Shown here: positions 54,705 to 62,906 of the stretch, in pieces
How the letters are laid out: each line of letters opens with the position of its first letter
Numbering within the stretch: the stretch's first letter is position 1
Virus record (IMG/VR): IMGVR_UViG_3300020183_000075
Location: 1 to 62,906 of that record
Reading direction: 5' to 3' (one strand)
From: a virus
Taxonomy: Duplodnaviria; Caudoviricetes
DNA length: 62,906 nt
Notes under the pieces: model-generated
The model's input: only the letters and a program-made list of their open reading frames with translations
Databases searched by the model: none
Told to the model about the DNA's origin: nothing
Position numbers and translations under genes: made by a program

Positions 54705-57700
54705 TTATGTTTCTAAAATTACTGTAGTTGGTATAGAAGATCCCAAAATATTTATTGTTCCGCTACCAGTAGTACCAGATCCCCATAAAAATAATCTACC
54801 GTCTTGTTTTAACAAGGCAGTAAAATATTGACCACAATCGATTATCTTATTTGCACTTCCATCATTCACTTCAGCCGGAACACTACATTGCGCATAATCA
54901 TTATTTCCCCAACAAATAATATTACCATTTATATCTTCTGCACAATTATGATCATAACCCACAGACAGTTTGTTTGCTATTCCTAAAGTCGAAGGAACAT
55001 CAAAAATTTTATAAACACCATTTTCATTCGTTGTAGTTATTTGAGGCATTCCCCAACACTCTACTAATCCATTTTCTTTTATTCCACAACAATGGGTATA
55101 AAAACAATCTATAAAACTATAGGTCAATCCTGGTGGCGAAGTCAATGAGCCATCTAATCCCCAGATTTTTAGTGATCCTTCGCTTGTCACCGGTATACCA
55201 TATGCCATAGCACCACCTACGGCACCATCACCTATAAAATCATTATATGAGAATGGTTCCGAACTAAAGCTAGAGGTAATAAAATTATTAAATTTAGTCG
55301 TATTATATGGGACTTTATCTGCATTTATAAGGGTTATTTTTTTATTTTTTTGTAATAAAACCATAAATCCATTACCAAAAATAATATCTTCTATTTCATC
55401 TTTAACTGGGCCCAAAGTTCCAGCATCGAATCTATTAAGGTCTCCAGTTCCTCTTAAAATATATCCTATATTATTTTTTTTACCAGTTTCTTTATTTGCA
55501 GCTAAAAATGAAAATCCATATTTTTCACCAGGAAATACATTTTCTAAAGTTAGACCATTACCGTATAAGAAATCATCTACTGTATAACTACTAGGAATCA
55601 AAGATCTATAATTAAATTCATTGGGTTTAAAAGCCCCATCTATATAGTGTTTAGATTTTCCTCCATAAGAATTAAATTTTTGTATATACACATAATAATC
55701 AAAAAAAGTAAATGGTTGTCCAAAAGTAGAAGACCACGCTAGCAAAGACATATAATCATATGGTGGTGGTATGTGTATATTTAATATAAAGTATGGATAT
55801 AGTATTTGTTTTGTTGTGGAATTATATAAAAGCAGAGCATCTTCAAACCCCGAGTATATTAATGGTTTAAATCCTAATTCAACACCATTTAAAAAGTGTG
55901 CGAATCGATATATCATTGATGGAAAATCTAGAAGAGGAGTAGTATTAGCATGTCCTACTATTTTTATTAAACTATTATCATTTTTTGTAACATATAATTG
56001 ATTACCATTTCCAACTATATCCACAACGCCTGTTTTAATTTTTTCACTAACGTCTGTGCGTTTATCAAGCCTGTATAATAAATTCAATATTTCATTATCA
56101 GTATACTTCTGTGTTGTTTGTTCGTGAGCCCATCCATATAAAGTTATTCCACCGGCGTTTTTAATGAGATTTCCAGCAGTTCCACCTAAATGTGCCCACA
56201 ATACTTCATTACTTTTTGTTAAAACAAAAATTGGAGAGGTTTCATCGGGTTTAAATTGTTTTCCGTCTCCAAACGGATTCAGTGATTGTATAACAGAATA
56301 AGGACCAACTACTTTTGCTGCATTTGAAACAGTAAATCCTGCAAACATATTTTCAAATGTATCAATAGGACCTAAATTTCCAATGAATTCCGTCCAATAA
56401 TTACCATGAATAGACAGTGTATTATTTCCATGAATTGCTACAACATTATCCCAATTAACTGTTATATCAGATGCAGTAATTCCTGGGATAGTGTAATAAT
56501 CTCCAGTAAAACCAAACTTAATATCTGTTATATAAGTTATACCCCATATTTTAATTGTATTATCTTTAGCAAGACCTGCAGCCCAATAAGAATAACCATC
56601 TGCATTTTCTATTTTTATAAAAGAAATTCCGCTGGGAGGATTTACCGCTGCAGGATAAGATTTAACAAAATCAGAAAAAGCATAAAAATCGGCAGCATTT
56701 CCATATATTTCGCTTTCGTTAGGATCGTGGATTCGATATGGAGTTCCGTCTTTTGTGATAACCCAAGCAGATCTTCCAGATTGACTAGATATATATGATA
56801 TACCCTGAGCATTAATCGTGCTTAAAATTCCTGGTAATTCTTTATCATAAGTATAAGTTATTCCATTTATACCAACACAGGTTAAAGTTTGTTGCAATCT
56901 TAATTCGGTGGAAGGATCACCCAGATACTTAAGAACGTCTGTAGTATATTTATTTTGATAATTAATTTCTCTATTACAAGAAAATATGTCTAGTGTATCA
57001 TCTTCTTTTAATAATAAAACTATTTCACCATCTGTAATAATTTGTATATTTTTTATACCTTCTCCATTTTTAAGACGTAAATTATTACTAAATATATCAC
57101 CCAAAGAAGACGATTTAACGATATACGTAACTCCATTTACATTATTTTGAGCCAGTGGTGCAACTGGAGTATTGTACGTAGAATTGGACGTATTTACTTC
57201 AGATTTAAATTGAGGATAAAATGCAGGAACACATGTAACAGCTGGGTTATAAAAATCTACCGGTCCAGTTAAACCTTGTACATATACTGCAGTAAAAACC
57301 ATTTTATTTAATGCAGTTATACCAATATAATTTCTATCAAATAAACCAGCAAATCCCTGACTTATTTTTTTAGGTTTTAATATTTTATTATAATAAAAAG
57401 AGTAATCAAAATTATTGTTAGAAAATTCATCAAATCCATATAAGGCAAATATTTTAGGATTATTTAATATAAATCCTTCTCTACTATTAGAATTATGATC
57501 GGTAAAACCAAATAAAATTCTGTCATCAGAGTTAGAACCAAATATTTTTATATAATTAGATCTATAAACCTCTTCTGGATTTTGTGTTGGTGAAGTAAAA
57601 GGTGGAATATCTTTTATAGAAACTTGTAAGACATTTTTATTATACTGTTTAACTATTTTATTTTGTGTGTCCGTAAATGGATATATCGGATTTGTTTGTG

Positions 57701-58754
57701 GTAGTGCTCCTAGTTTTGTTAATTCTTTAGAATAAAAAGTATTTTGTCTTATCTGTTCAAAATAACCAGTAGAACCAAATCCCACAACAACGCCATTTAC
57801 AGCTCCTGTTGCTGCCCCTAAGCAATAATCGTCAGCACAAGAAACATCAGAAAAATATTGTATTGTTGCATTGGTTGAAACTATAGGTCCAAAAATACTA
57901 ATAGTATTGTCATTTTTAATTCCAATACCGGCAAAAGTTTGGCCACTAGTCCAAGAACTCTTTTTAATATCAGACTGACCGGTGAAAGTAAAATTAGCAC
58001 AATTACCAAAACAAACAAAATCACCAGTAGAAGTAACTGCAATTATTTTATCGTGAGTTGTATCTATATGCTTATATCCTCCACTAGGAGAATTATATAA
58101 TCTACCATTTAAATTAAAACCAGAACTTTCTAATCCTATATCTTCACCCCAAGCCCAAATATAACCTAGATCATCTAAACATGCAGTAAAATTACGACCA
58201 CACGATATTTGAATTATATTATTTCTATTTAAAAAATTATCAGGTATATCTGACTGACCAAAATGTGGATAACCACAGGAATTTAGTGCGGAAACAATAC
58301 CGGCACCATAAGTTTTTAATTCTAATGGTCCTGCTCCGGTTTCAAAAATAATAATATCGTCTTGTTGTATACCAGATAAAGATACACCAGAATAAGAATC
58401 TATTTCGTTAGAATTAAAGTATTCTGAATTTGTTGGAAGATAATTACTATTATTTGCAAATTGAAAAATCTTAGTATCAAAATCTGTAGAATTTTGTGTT
58501 AGTTGCGTTGAGTTTGATCTTGCCCATTCTTTAAATGGATTTTTTATATTATTTAATGCCAGATTAACCCAAAATAATTTAGGATCATTATATAAATTAT
58601 TCGATAGTTGGTCAGGCCTTTCAAAATTAATATTTTTGGTTGTGCTTATATCCGGAGAATTTGTAGTATCTACTTTTATAGATTTAAATATATCGGTTAA
58701 CTCTAAAGTTTGACCATTTAAGTAATAATTAATTTTAGAAAAATTTTCAAACAT
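54705..58754 (-). CDS. 53: Baseplate wedge gp53 N-terminal (LysM-like) domain fused to RCC1-like repeats
   Basis: F.NF.KINY...TDIFK...ERPDQLSNNLYNDPKLFWV.LALNNIKNPFKEW; QISCGRNFTACLD..G.IWAWG and CWGNNDYAQCSVP repeats. Confidence 0.82.
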   Translation of the reverse strand: MFENFSKINYYLNGQTLELTDIFKSIKVDTTNSPDISTTKNINFERPDQLSNNLYNDPKLFWVNLALNNIKNPFKEWARSNSTQLTQNSTDFDTKIFQFANNSNYLPTNSEYFNSNEIDSYSGVSLSGIQQDDIIIFETGAGPLELKTYGAGIVSALNSCGYPHFGQSDIPDNFLNRNNIIQISCGRNFTACLDDLGYIWAWGEDIGLESSGFNLNGRLYNSPSGGYKHIDTTHDKIIAVTSTGDFVCFGNCANFTFTGQSDIKKSSWTSGQTFAGIGIKNDNTISIFGPIVSTNATIQYFSDVSCADDYCLGAATGAVNGVVVGFGSTGYFEQIRQNTFYSKELTKLGALPQTNPIYPFTDTQNKIVKQYNKNVLQVSIKDIPPFTSPTQNPEEVYRSNYIKIFGSNSDDRILFGFTDHNSNSREGFILNNPKIFALYGFDEFSNNNFDYSFYYNKILKPKKISQGFAGLFDRNYIGITALNKMVFTAVYVQGLTGPVDFYNPAVTCVPAFYPQFKSEVNTSNSTYNTPVAPLAQNNVNGVTYIVKSSSLGDIFSNNLRLKNGEGIKNIQIITDGEIVLLLKEDDTLDIFSCNREINYQNKYTTDVLKYLGDPSTELRLQQTLTCVGINGITYTYDKELPGILSTINAQGISYISSQSGRSAWVITKDGTPYRIHDPNESEIYGNAADFYAFSDFVKSYPAAVNPPSGISFIKIENADGYSYWAAGLAKDNTIKIWGITYITDIKFGFTGDYYTIPGITASDITVNWDNVVAIHGNNTLSIHGNYWTEFIGNLGPIDTFENMFAGFTVSNAAKVVGPYSVIQSLNPFGDGKQFKPDETSPIFVLTKSNEVLWAHLGGTAGNLIKNAGGITLYGWAHEQTTQKYTDNEILNLLYRLDKRTDVSEKIKTGVVDIVGNGNQLYVTKNDNSLIKIVGHANTTPLLDFPSMIYRFAHFLNGVELGFKPLIYSGFEDALLLYNSTTKQILYPYFILNIHIPPPYDYMSLLAWSSTFGQPFTFFDYYVYIQKFNSYGGKSKHYIDGAFKPNEFNYRSLIPSSYTVDDFLYGNGLTLENVFPGEKYGFSFLAANKETGKKNNIGYILRGTGDLNRFDAGTLGPVKDEIEDIIFGNGFMVLLQKNKKITLINADKVPYNTTKFNNFITSSFSSEPFSYNDFIGDGAVGGAMAYGIPVTSEGSLKIWGLDGSLTSPPGLTYSFIDCFYTHCCGIKENGLVECWGMPQITTTNENGVYKIFDVPSTLGIANKLSVGYDHNCAEDINGNIICWGNNDYAQCSVPAEVNDGSANKIIDCGQYFTALLKQDGRLFLWGSGTTGSGTINILGSSIPTTVILET

Positions 58755-58757
58755 ATA

Positions 58758-59174
58758 TTAAAATGGATTTATAGGATTTATAGGGGCAGTACTGTTAAAA
58801 AACACATTTAAAGAAGAATTGAGTTGATTTATTTTTTCATTGGCAAATGTCAATCCTAGTGTATTTGTATAATATAATGATCTAAAATAATTAATTGTGT
58901 TAGGATTTAATTCAGGTAGATTGTTATTATTAAAATAATTATAATTAAATGAAGTTACTCCCAAATAATTATAACCAGGTCCTGTTGGTCCAAAAAATAA
59001 ATTTACATAATCTAAAACTATTTGCTTTGTTAAACTGATCTGACCAGGTGCTAATGCATTTTTTTGAATTTTTTGACGAAAATAATCGTTGAATTCTTGA
59101 AAATATTTTTTAGAAATAAAATCTGAAGTATTTGAAGAAAGTAAAGGATTTATTATTGGTAAATATGTGTTCAT
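58758..59174 (-). CDS. Asn-rich hypothetical protein, probably virion-associated
   Basis: Lies between gp48 and gp53; 3 of its 5 Gly are in G-x-T. Confidence 0.55.
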   Translation of the reverse strand: MNTYLPIINPLLSSNTSDFISKKYFQEFNDYFRQKIQKNALAPGQISLTKQIVLDYVNLFFGPTGPGYNYLGVTSFNYNYFNNNNLPELNPNTINYFRSLYYTNTLGLTFANEKINQLNSSLNVFFNSTAPINPINPF

Positions 59175-59200
59175 GTTTATTGTATATATTATTGATATTA

Positions 59201-59908
59201 TTATCCAGCAAAAGTTTGAGCACGATTTACCAGACCGGCAGCAGTATTTACTGCTGGTTCTAGTTCCACAAACGATAGATTTATATTTACAGCAAGAGGA
59301 TGATTGTTAGGCAGATTAAACGGGGTGTCTAATATGGGATTTTTGTTGATGTCTACGTGAGTAAGCACACTAGGTAATCCAACAGGATCCCAACCACTAA
59401 CAGAACCGGTACTTAAAACCCAAAGAGGAGGATGCTTCCAGATAAGACGGTTTCCTCCATCCCAGCTGGAAAAAGCGTACGTTTGAAAAGTATCTGCTAT
59501 TTCTTTTGCCCTGACTGCTTGATCTGGTGTTTTTGCCATCAGATCCATACTAACAATATACTTTCTACGAGCACCGGGAGACAGTACCGATTCCATGTTA
59601 TCGTATGTAAAACTGCTTCCACCTTTCATAAAGTAGCTGTAGATCATGTTGCCTTCAAACGTTAGATTGTCCATAGCCACTCTAAGGTTATCTAACGGGC
59701 TGTTGGCTATAGTTCCGCTGTTTGTATACGGTACATCATTAGCAACATTCATCAGTTTAGGATACGGAACAGTTATAGTATTACCTTTACTAATAACTGC
59801 GGTTCTGGTTCGATCTTTGTTGTAACGGCTATAATCACCCCAATGAAATGTTAAAAACACGGGTATTTCATTAGCCATCTGGTCGCCGGGAAATGATAGT
59901 GTTGCCAT
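59201..59908 (-). CDS. 48: Baseplate tail-tube cap (gp48-like)
   Basis: LSFP, I.VP.P, E.......RKY....DLMAKT..QA, HPP.W, P.VLT.V, L.LSFVELE; divergent from gp4. Confidence 0.75.
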   Translation of the reverse strand: MATLSFPGDQMANEIPVFLTFHWGDYSRYNKDRTRTAVISKGNTITVPYPKLMNVANDVPYTNSGTIANSPLDNLRVAMDNLTFEGNMIYSYFMKGGSSFTYDNMESVLSPGARRKYIVSMDLMAKTPDQAVRAKEIADTFQTYAFSSWDGGNRLIWKHPPLWVLSTGSVSGWDPVGLPSVLTHVDINKNPILDTPFNLPNNHPLAVNINLSFVELEPAVNTAAGLVNRAQTFAG

Positions 59909-59938
59909 TTTTGTTTCCAACATATATATTTAAGTTTA

Positions 59939-60385
59939 ATGGCGTACAAAACTAAATATATTCCAGAATTCACCCATAAATACGTAGGTAACGTAGATAA
60001 TATTATTTGCAGATCAAACTGGGAAAGAAAATTTTGTAAATATCTGGATAAAAACGAATCAGTAATACGCTGGTCTAGCGAAGAGTTAAAAATTCCATAT
60101 TATTCCACAATAGATCATCAAGTGCATCATTATTATCCAGATTTCGTATTTGAAGCCAAAAAAGAAGACACAGTACAAACATACATTGTGGAAATTAAAC
60201 CTAAAAAACAAACAGTAAAACCTAAAACACGAAAAAATAAAAGAGCTTACTTGAACGAATGTATAACTTACGAAACAAACATCTGTAAATGGAAAGCCGC
60301 AACAGACTACTGCAAAAAACAAGGATGGATATTTAAAATATTAACAGAGGAAGATATTTTCAAGGGCCAAAAAAGTGGCAAATAA
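59939..60385 (+). CDS. 4: Head completion nuclease (gp4, TnsA-like)
   Basis: AYK.KY.P....KYVG, RSNWERKFCKYLD, WSSEE, YYPDF, EIKPKKQT, KWKAA, FKILTE. Confidence 0.95.
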   Translation: MAYKTKYIPEFTHKYVGNVDNIICRSNWERKFCKYLDKNESVIRWSSEELKIPYYSTIDHQVHHYYPDFVFEAKKEDTVQTYIVEIKPKKQTVKPKTRKNKRAYLNECITYETNICKWKAATDYCKKQGWIFKILTEEDIFKGQKSGK

Positions 60386-60899
60386 AACTAATACCATCAC
60401 AGATATAACCAACTATTTTACTCAAGGATTTCAAAGAAACAACCGCTTTGAAGTGTCTTTCTCCAGACAAAACGTTTCTTTCTGGGCGTCTCAGTGCCAG
60501 ATTCCTCAACAATACGTAACCTGGTATCCTGAAACGTTTTCGCCGTCAGGACCGATGATTCATATTCCTATAAAAAGAGAATACGACGAACGATTTTTAA
60601 TCGATTTTATAGTGGAATCTGATTGGAGAGTAAGAAAGTATTTTGAATCTTGGTATGATGGTATGTTTTCTTCGGTTATAAACGGAAGATCTAATACTGT
60701 AGCAGCCAGAAATACACCAGAAAATCTGTCAACTATAACAGTTAAAGCCATAAATTTAAACGGAAACACCAACGCAACCATAGAAATATATGAAGCGTAT
60801 CCTAAACTACTGTTACCGTCTCAGTTTGCAGATGACTTAACAAATCAATATGTCACACTGACTGTAGACTTTAACTATAGATATTATAGATTAACCTGA
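60375..60899 (+). CDS. 54: Baseplate tail-tube initiator (gp54-like)
   Basis: GFQRNNRFEV, IP, RKYFESW.D, YEAYP, LTVDFNYRYY tube-fold motifs. Confidence 0.8.
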   Translation: MANKTNTITDITNYFTQGFQRNNRFEVSFSRQNVSFWASQCQIPQQYVTWYPETFSPSGPMIHIPIKREYDERFLIDFIVESDWRVRKYFESWYDGMFSSVINGRSNTVAARNTPENLSTITVKAINLNGNTNATIEIYEAYPKLLLPSQFADDLTNQYVTLTVDFNYRYYRLT

Positions 60900-60900
60900 T

Positions 60901-61812
60901 ATGCCTTTAAAAGATTTACTATTATCCAGCTTGCCTCAATACTGTGAAACTCTTCCGTCCGGAAAGCGTGTATGTTTCAGGCCAATGGTTGTGTCTGAAG
61001 AGAAAGCTTTAATTCTTGCAAAGAATACTAGTGATCGTTTAGGTATTTTAAAAACTTTAGAAAATATAATTTTAGAATGCTGTCAGGACCTAAAGAAGTC
61101 TGATTTTAAAAAGTTAAAACTGGCGGATCTAGAGTATCTGTTTTTATTGTTACGAGCCAAGTCTATAGGAGAGGTAGAAGGATTTACTTTAAAGTGTCCA
61201 GACACGGATGAAAGCGTTTCTTTGAAAGTTAATATCATTAAAGACGCGGTATTTAATTTATCAACCGCGAACAACAAAATAAAACTTTCTGAAAATTTGT
61301 TGATAGTATTATCTGAGCCCACTGTTGAACATCTTTTAAATTGTCCCGAATACGATCAAACAGAAGAAGGATTTTATCAATTTATAGGATCTTGCATAAA
61401 ACAAATACAATCTAGAAATGAAATCAAAGAAGGAAAAGAACTACCGGCTGATGAAGTGGTAGATTTCATAAAGGTATTTACTGGCAATCAGATGAAATCT
61501 GTATTAAATTATTTTGATAATATAACTAAAACAGAAATATCAAAAGACTATACAACTTCAGATGGAACAAACAGAAATATAAAAATAAAAGGCCTTTTTA
61601 ACTACATAAATTTTTTTTTTGAACATCTGAACGTAGAAAATTTATATAAACAATTATTTCAATTAAAATATTATCACGACTACGAACTGTCTGAAATAGA
61701 AAAAATGATTCCTTGGGAAAAAACTATTTTTATAGAACAAATCAAAGAACATTTAAACGAAGAAAGAAAGATAAAATACAGCAGCACGGAGGGAATGATT
61801 AATGCAAGATAA
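60901..61812 (+). CDS. 26: Baseplate hub assembly protein gp26 fused in frame to a gp51-like domain
   Basis: LPSGKRV.FRP.VV.EEKAL, DLEYLFLLLRAKSIGE, I.GL..F, then LFQLKYYHDYELSEIEKMIPWEK. Confidence 0.85.
   Translation: MPLKDLLLSSLPQYCETLPSGKRVCFRPMVVSEEKALILAKNTSDRLGILKTLENIILECCQDLKKSDFKKLKLADLEYLFLLLRAKSIGEVEGFTLKCPDTDESVSLKVNIIKDAVFNLSTANNKIKLSENLLIVLSEPTVEHLLNCPEYDQTEEGFYQFIGSCIKQIQSRNEIKEGKELPADEVVDFIKVFTGNQMKSVLNYFDNITKTEISKDYTTSDGTNRNIKIKGLFNYINFFFEHLNVENLYKQLFQLKYYHDYELSEIEKMIPWEKTIFIEQIKEHLNEERKIKYSSTEGMINAR
61611..61620 (+). repeat. T10 homopolymer at the gp26/gp51 junction (candidate slippery site)
   Basis: ATA AAT TTT TTT TTT GAA. Confidence 0.7.
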
Positions 61813-62344
61813 CTCAAGATATCAAAGTAAAACGTATACACCATTAACCCAAATGGCAAATTCAAGTTATTTCAATAACTCTTCTAAAAATATTACCCCA
61901 AACAGCAACAAGAACGACAAGAAGTACGCTATTCAAAACGAAGAAAAGCGATCCAACATGCTACCATTACAGTCAAAGGTAGATTTAATTCCATCAAAAA
62001 ACTCAGAACAAACAAAACAAAATACTACCATTAATGCAACTTCTGGCGTATTAAAAGGTAACGTGTCGTACGATAATCTGTTAAAAACAGAAAGTATAGG
62101 CAAAACTAATTTTAATATTAACGAAATAAATCAAAAGAATAAAGAAATAATGACCATGGAAGCACGCTTACAGCAACTTCCAGGCATAAATGCTGCACAA
62201 CGGCAACCACCAGCAACCATAGTTAACAACTATACAGGAAATCAAACTCCTTCGGGTGGAGGTGGAGTGCACAGAACCGATCCTCTTGCAGGACTCAAAA
62301 ATACCATGCGTTCATTGCCGTCTTGGCGTACAGAGATGGGATAA
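61802..62344 (+). CDS. Asn/Gln/Thr-rich hypothetical protein at the tape-measure position
   Basis: Follows gp26-51; low complexity; TIVNNYT near the C-terminus. Confidence 0.55.
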   Translation: MQDNSRYQSKTYTPLTQMANSSYFNNSSKNITPNSNKNDKKYAIQNEEKRSNMLPLQSKVDLIPSKNSEQTKQNTTINATSGVLKGNVSYDNLLKTESIGKTNFNINEINQKNKEIMTMEARLQQLPGINAAQRQPPATIVNNYTGNQTPSGGGGVHRTDPLAGLKNTMRSLPSWRTEMG

Positions 62345-62372
62345 AGAAAAGGCCCCTTGCGGGGCCTTTTTT
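62344..62372. terminator. Bidirectional Rho-independent terminator
   Basis: AAAAGGCCCC-TTGC-GGGGCCTTTT between convergent genes, with T runs on both strands and a GCAA loop on the minus strand. Confidence 0.92.
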
Positions 62373-62373
62373 A

Positions 62374-62906
62374 TTAGTCTTCAAGAGACTTTAGGTAAGA
62401 TTCCACATCCACATCTTCATCCGGATCTGTCTTTGTGACAGGTTTACGATTGTTACGAACAACAGGCTCGTCTTCTACAGTCTCGTTTGTATCCCCCATT
62501 GCACGAACATCACCACCAAGAGCATCAACAAGCTTAGTCTTAAGCTCTGCATAGCTCTTGAATTCCTTGGGATTGATAAACTCCTTCAGAGCATATTGCT
62601 TCTTCCACAGAGCTTCTAGCTTGGCATCATCGCCATCAAAAAGTTCTGCAGCAGCACTAAACTCTGACTTGTCGTAGTTAACGTAGCCGTCAACCTTACG
62701 AACCTTGAGCTTGAAATTAGCACCCTTCCAGAAATCAAAAGGATTAATCGCACTCTCGTCTTGGAATTCAGGATTCATTTGCTCTTGGATCTTTTCGAAA
62801 ATCTTCTTGCCGTACTTGAACAGGAAAATCTTTCCCTTGTTTTGAGGTGCTGCTGGATCTTCCACAACAAGAATATTGGAAATATAATTAAGCTTACGCT
62901 TACGAT
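62374..62906 (-). CDS. 32: Single-stranded DNA-binding protein (gp32), partial (5' end outside the window)
   Basis: The frame continues to the edge as RKRKLNYISNILVVEDP; FLFKYGKKIF, NPFDFWKGANFKLK, NYDKSEF, acidic tail. Confidence 0.97.
   Translation of the reverse strand, partial: RKRKLNYISNILVVEDPAAPQNKGKIFLFKYGKKIFEKIQEQMNPEFQDESAINPFDFWKGANFKLKVRKVDGYVNYDKSEFSAAAELFDGDDAKLEALWKKQYALKEFINPKEFKSYAELKTKLVDALGGDVRAMGDTNETVEDEPVVRNNRKPVTKTDPDEDVDVESYLKSLED

Noticed and set aside
42566-58754. Stop-codon reassignment or sequencing errors as the cause of the split gp8, gp27 and gp53
   Set aside because: All three breaks are at TAA followed by a fresh ATG (two with clear RBS), two change frame, and all core genes are intact in the standard code.
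50525-58754. Eukaryotic or giant-virus origin suggested by RCC1, collagen and fucosyltransferase genes
   Set aside because: They are embedded in a complete T4-like gene set with Shine-Dalgarno sites and T4 late promoters.
59939-60385. TnsA-like transposase or mobile element
   Set aside because: The motifs and position match the T4 gp4 head-completion nuclease; no terminal repeats or other transposition genes.
1157-62438. Numerous 60-160 aa ORFs overlapping the called genes on the opposite strand or in another frame
   Set aside because: They lie within or largely overlap well-supported genes and show no motifs; treated as shadow ORFs.
1-62906. tRNA genes, CRISPR arrays or structured ncRNA
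   Set aside because: Intergenic gaps are all short and are explained by promoters or terminators; no cloverleaf or spaced repeat array was seen by eye.

Overview
A 63 kb, AT-rich, densely coding fragment of a large T4-like myovirus genome, cut at both ends. Almost all genes lie on the minus strand. From the left: a glycosyltransferase/methyltransferase cluster (partial GT-A, FkbM, GT11, GT10, GT-A), then regA-gp62-gp44-gp45, RNase H, gp46/47, gp55, uvsW/uvsY, the head-neck-tail module (gp3, 23, 22, 21, 20, 19, 18, 17, 16, 15, 14, 13), a block of collagen-like, Cys-repeat and DUF1566-type fibre proteins, and baseplate genes (gp8, 7, 6, 25, 27, 53, 48). A short plus-strand block follows (gp4, gp54, gp26-51 fusion), then a partial gp32. 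Most striking: (1) a G-x-T (also G-x-S/C) motif is pervasive in outer virion proteins and rare in replication proteins, in a genome that encodes several glycosyltransferases, suggesting a phage virion O-glycosylation system; (2) gp8, gp27 and gp53 each appear split into two genes, gp53 around about 7 kb of RCC1-repeat cargo; (3) a perfect TTGACA-17-TATAAT promoter points antisense across the start of the late sigma gene gp55; (4) a T10 tract sits at the gp26/gp51 fusion point; (5) six-cysteine GxCC repeats occur in four fibres. All family calls come from motif recognition and synteny, not database searches. No tRNA, CRISPR, intron, intein or integrase was seen.
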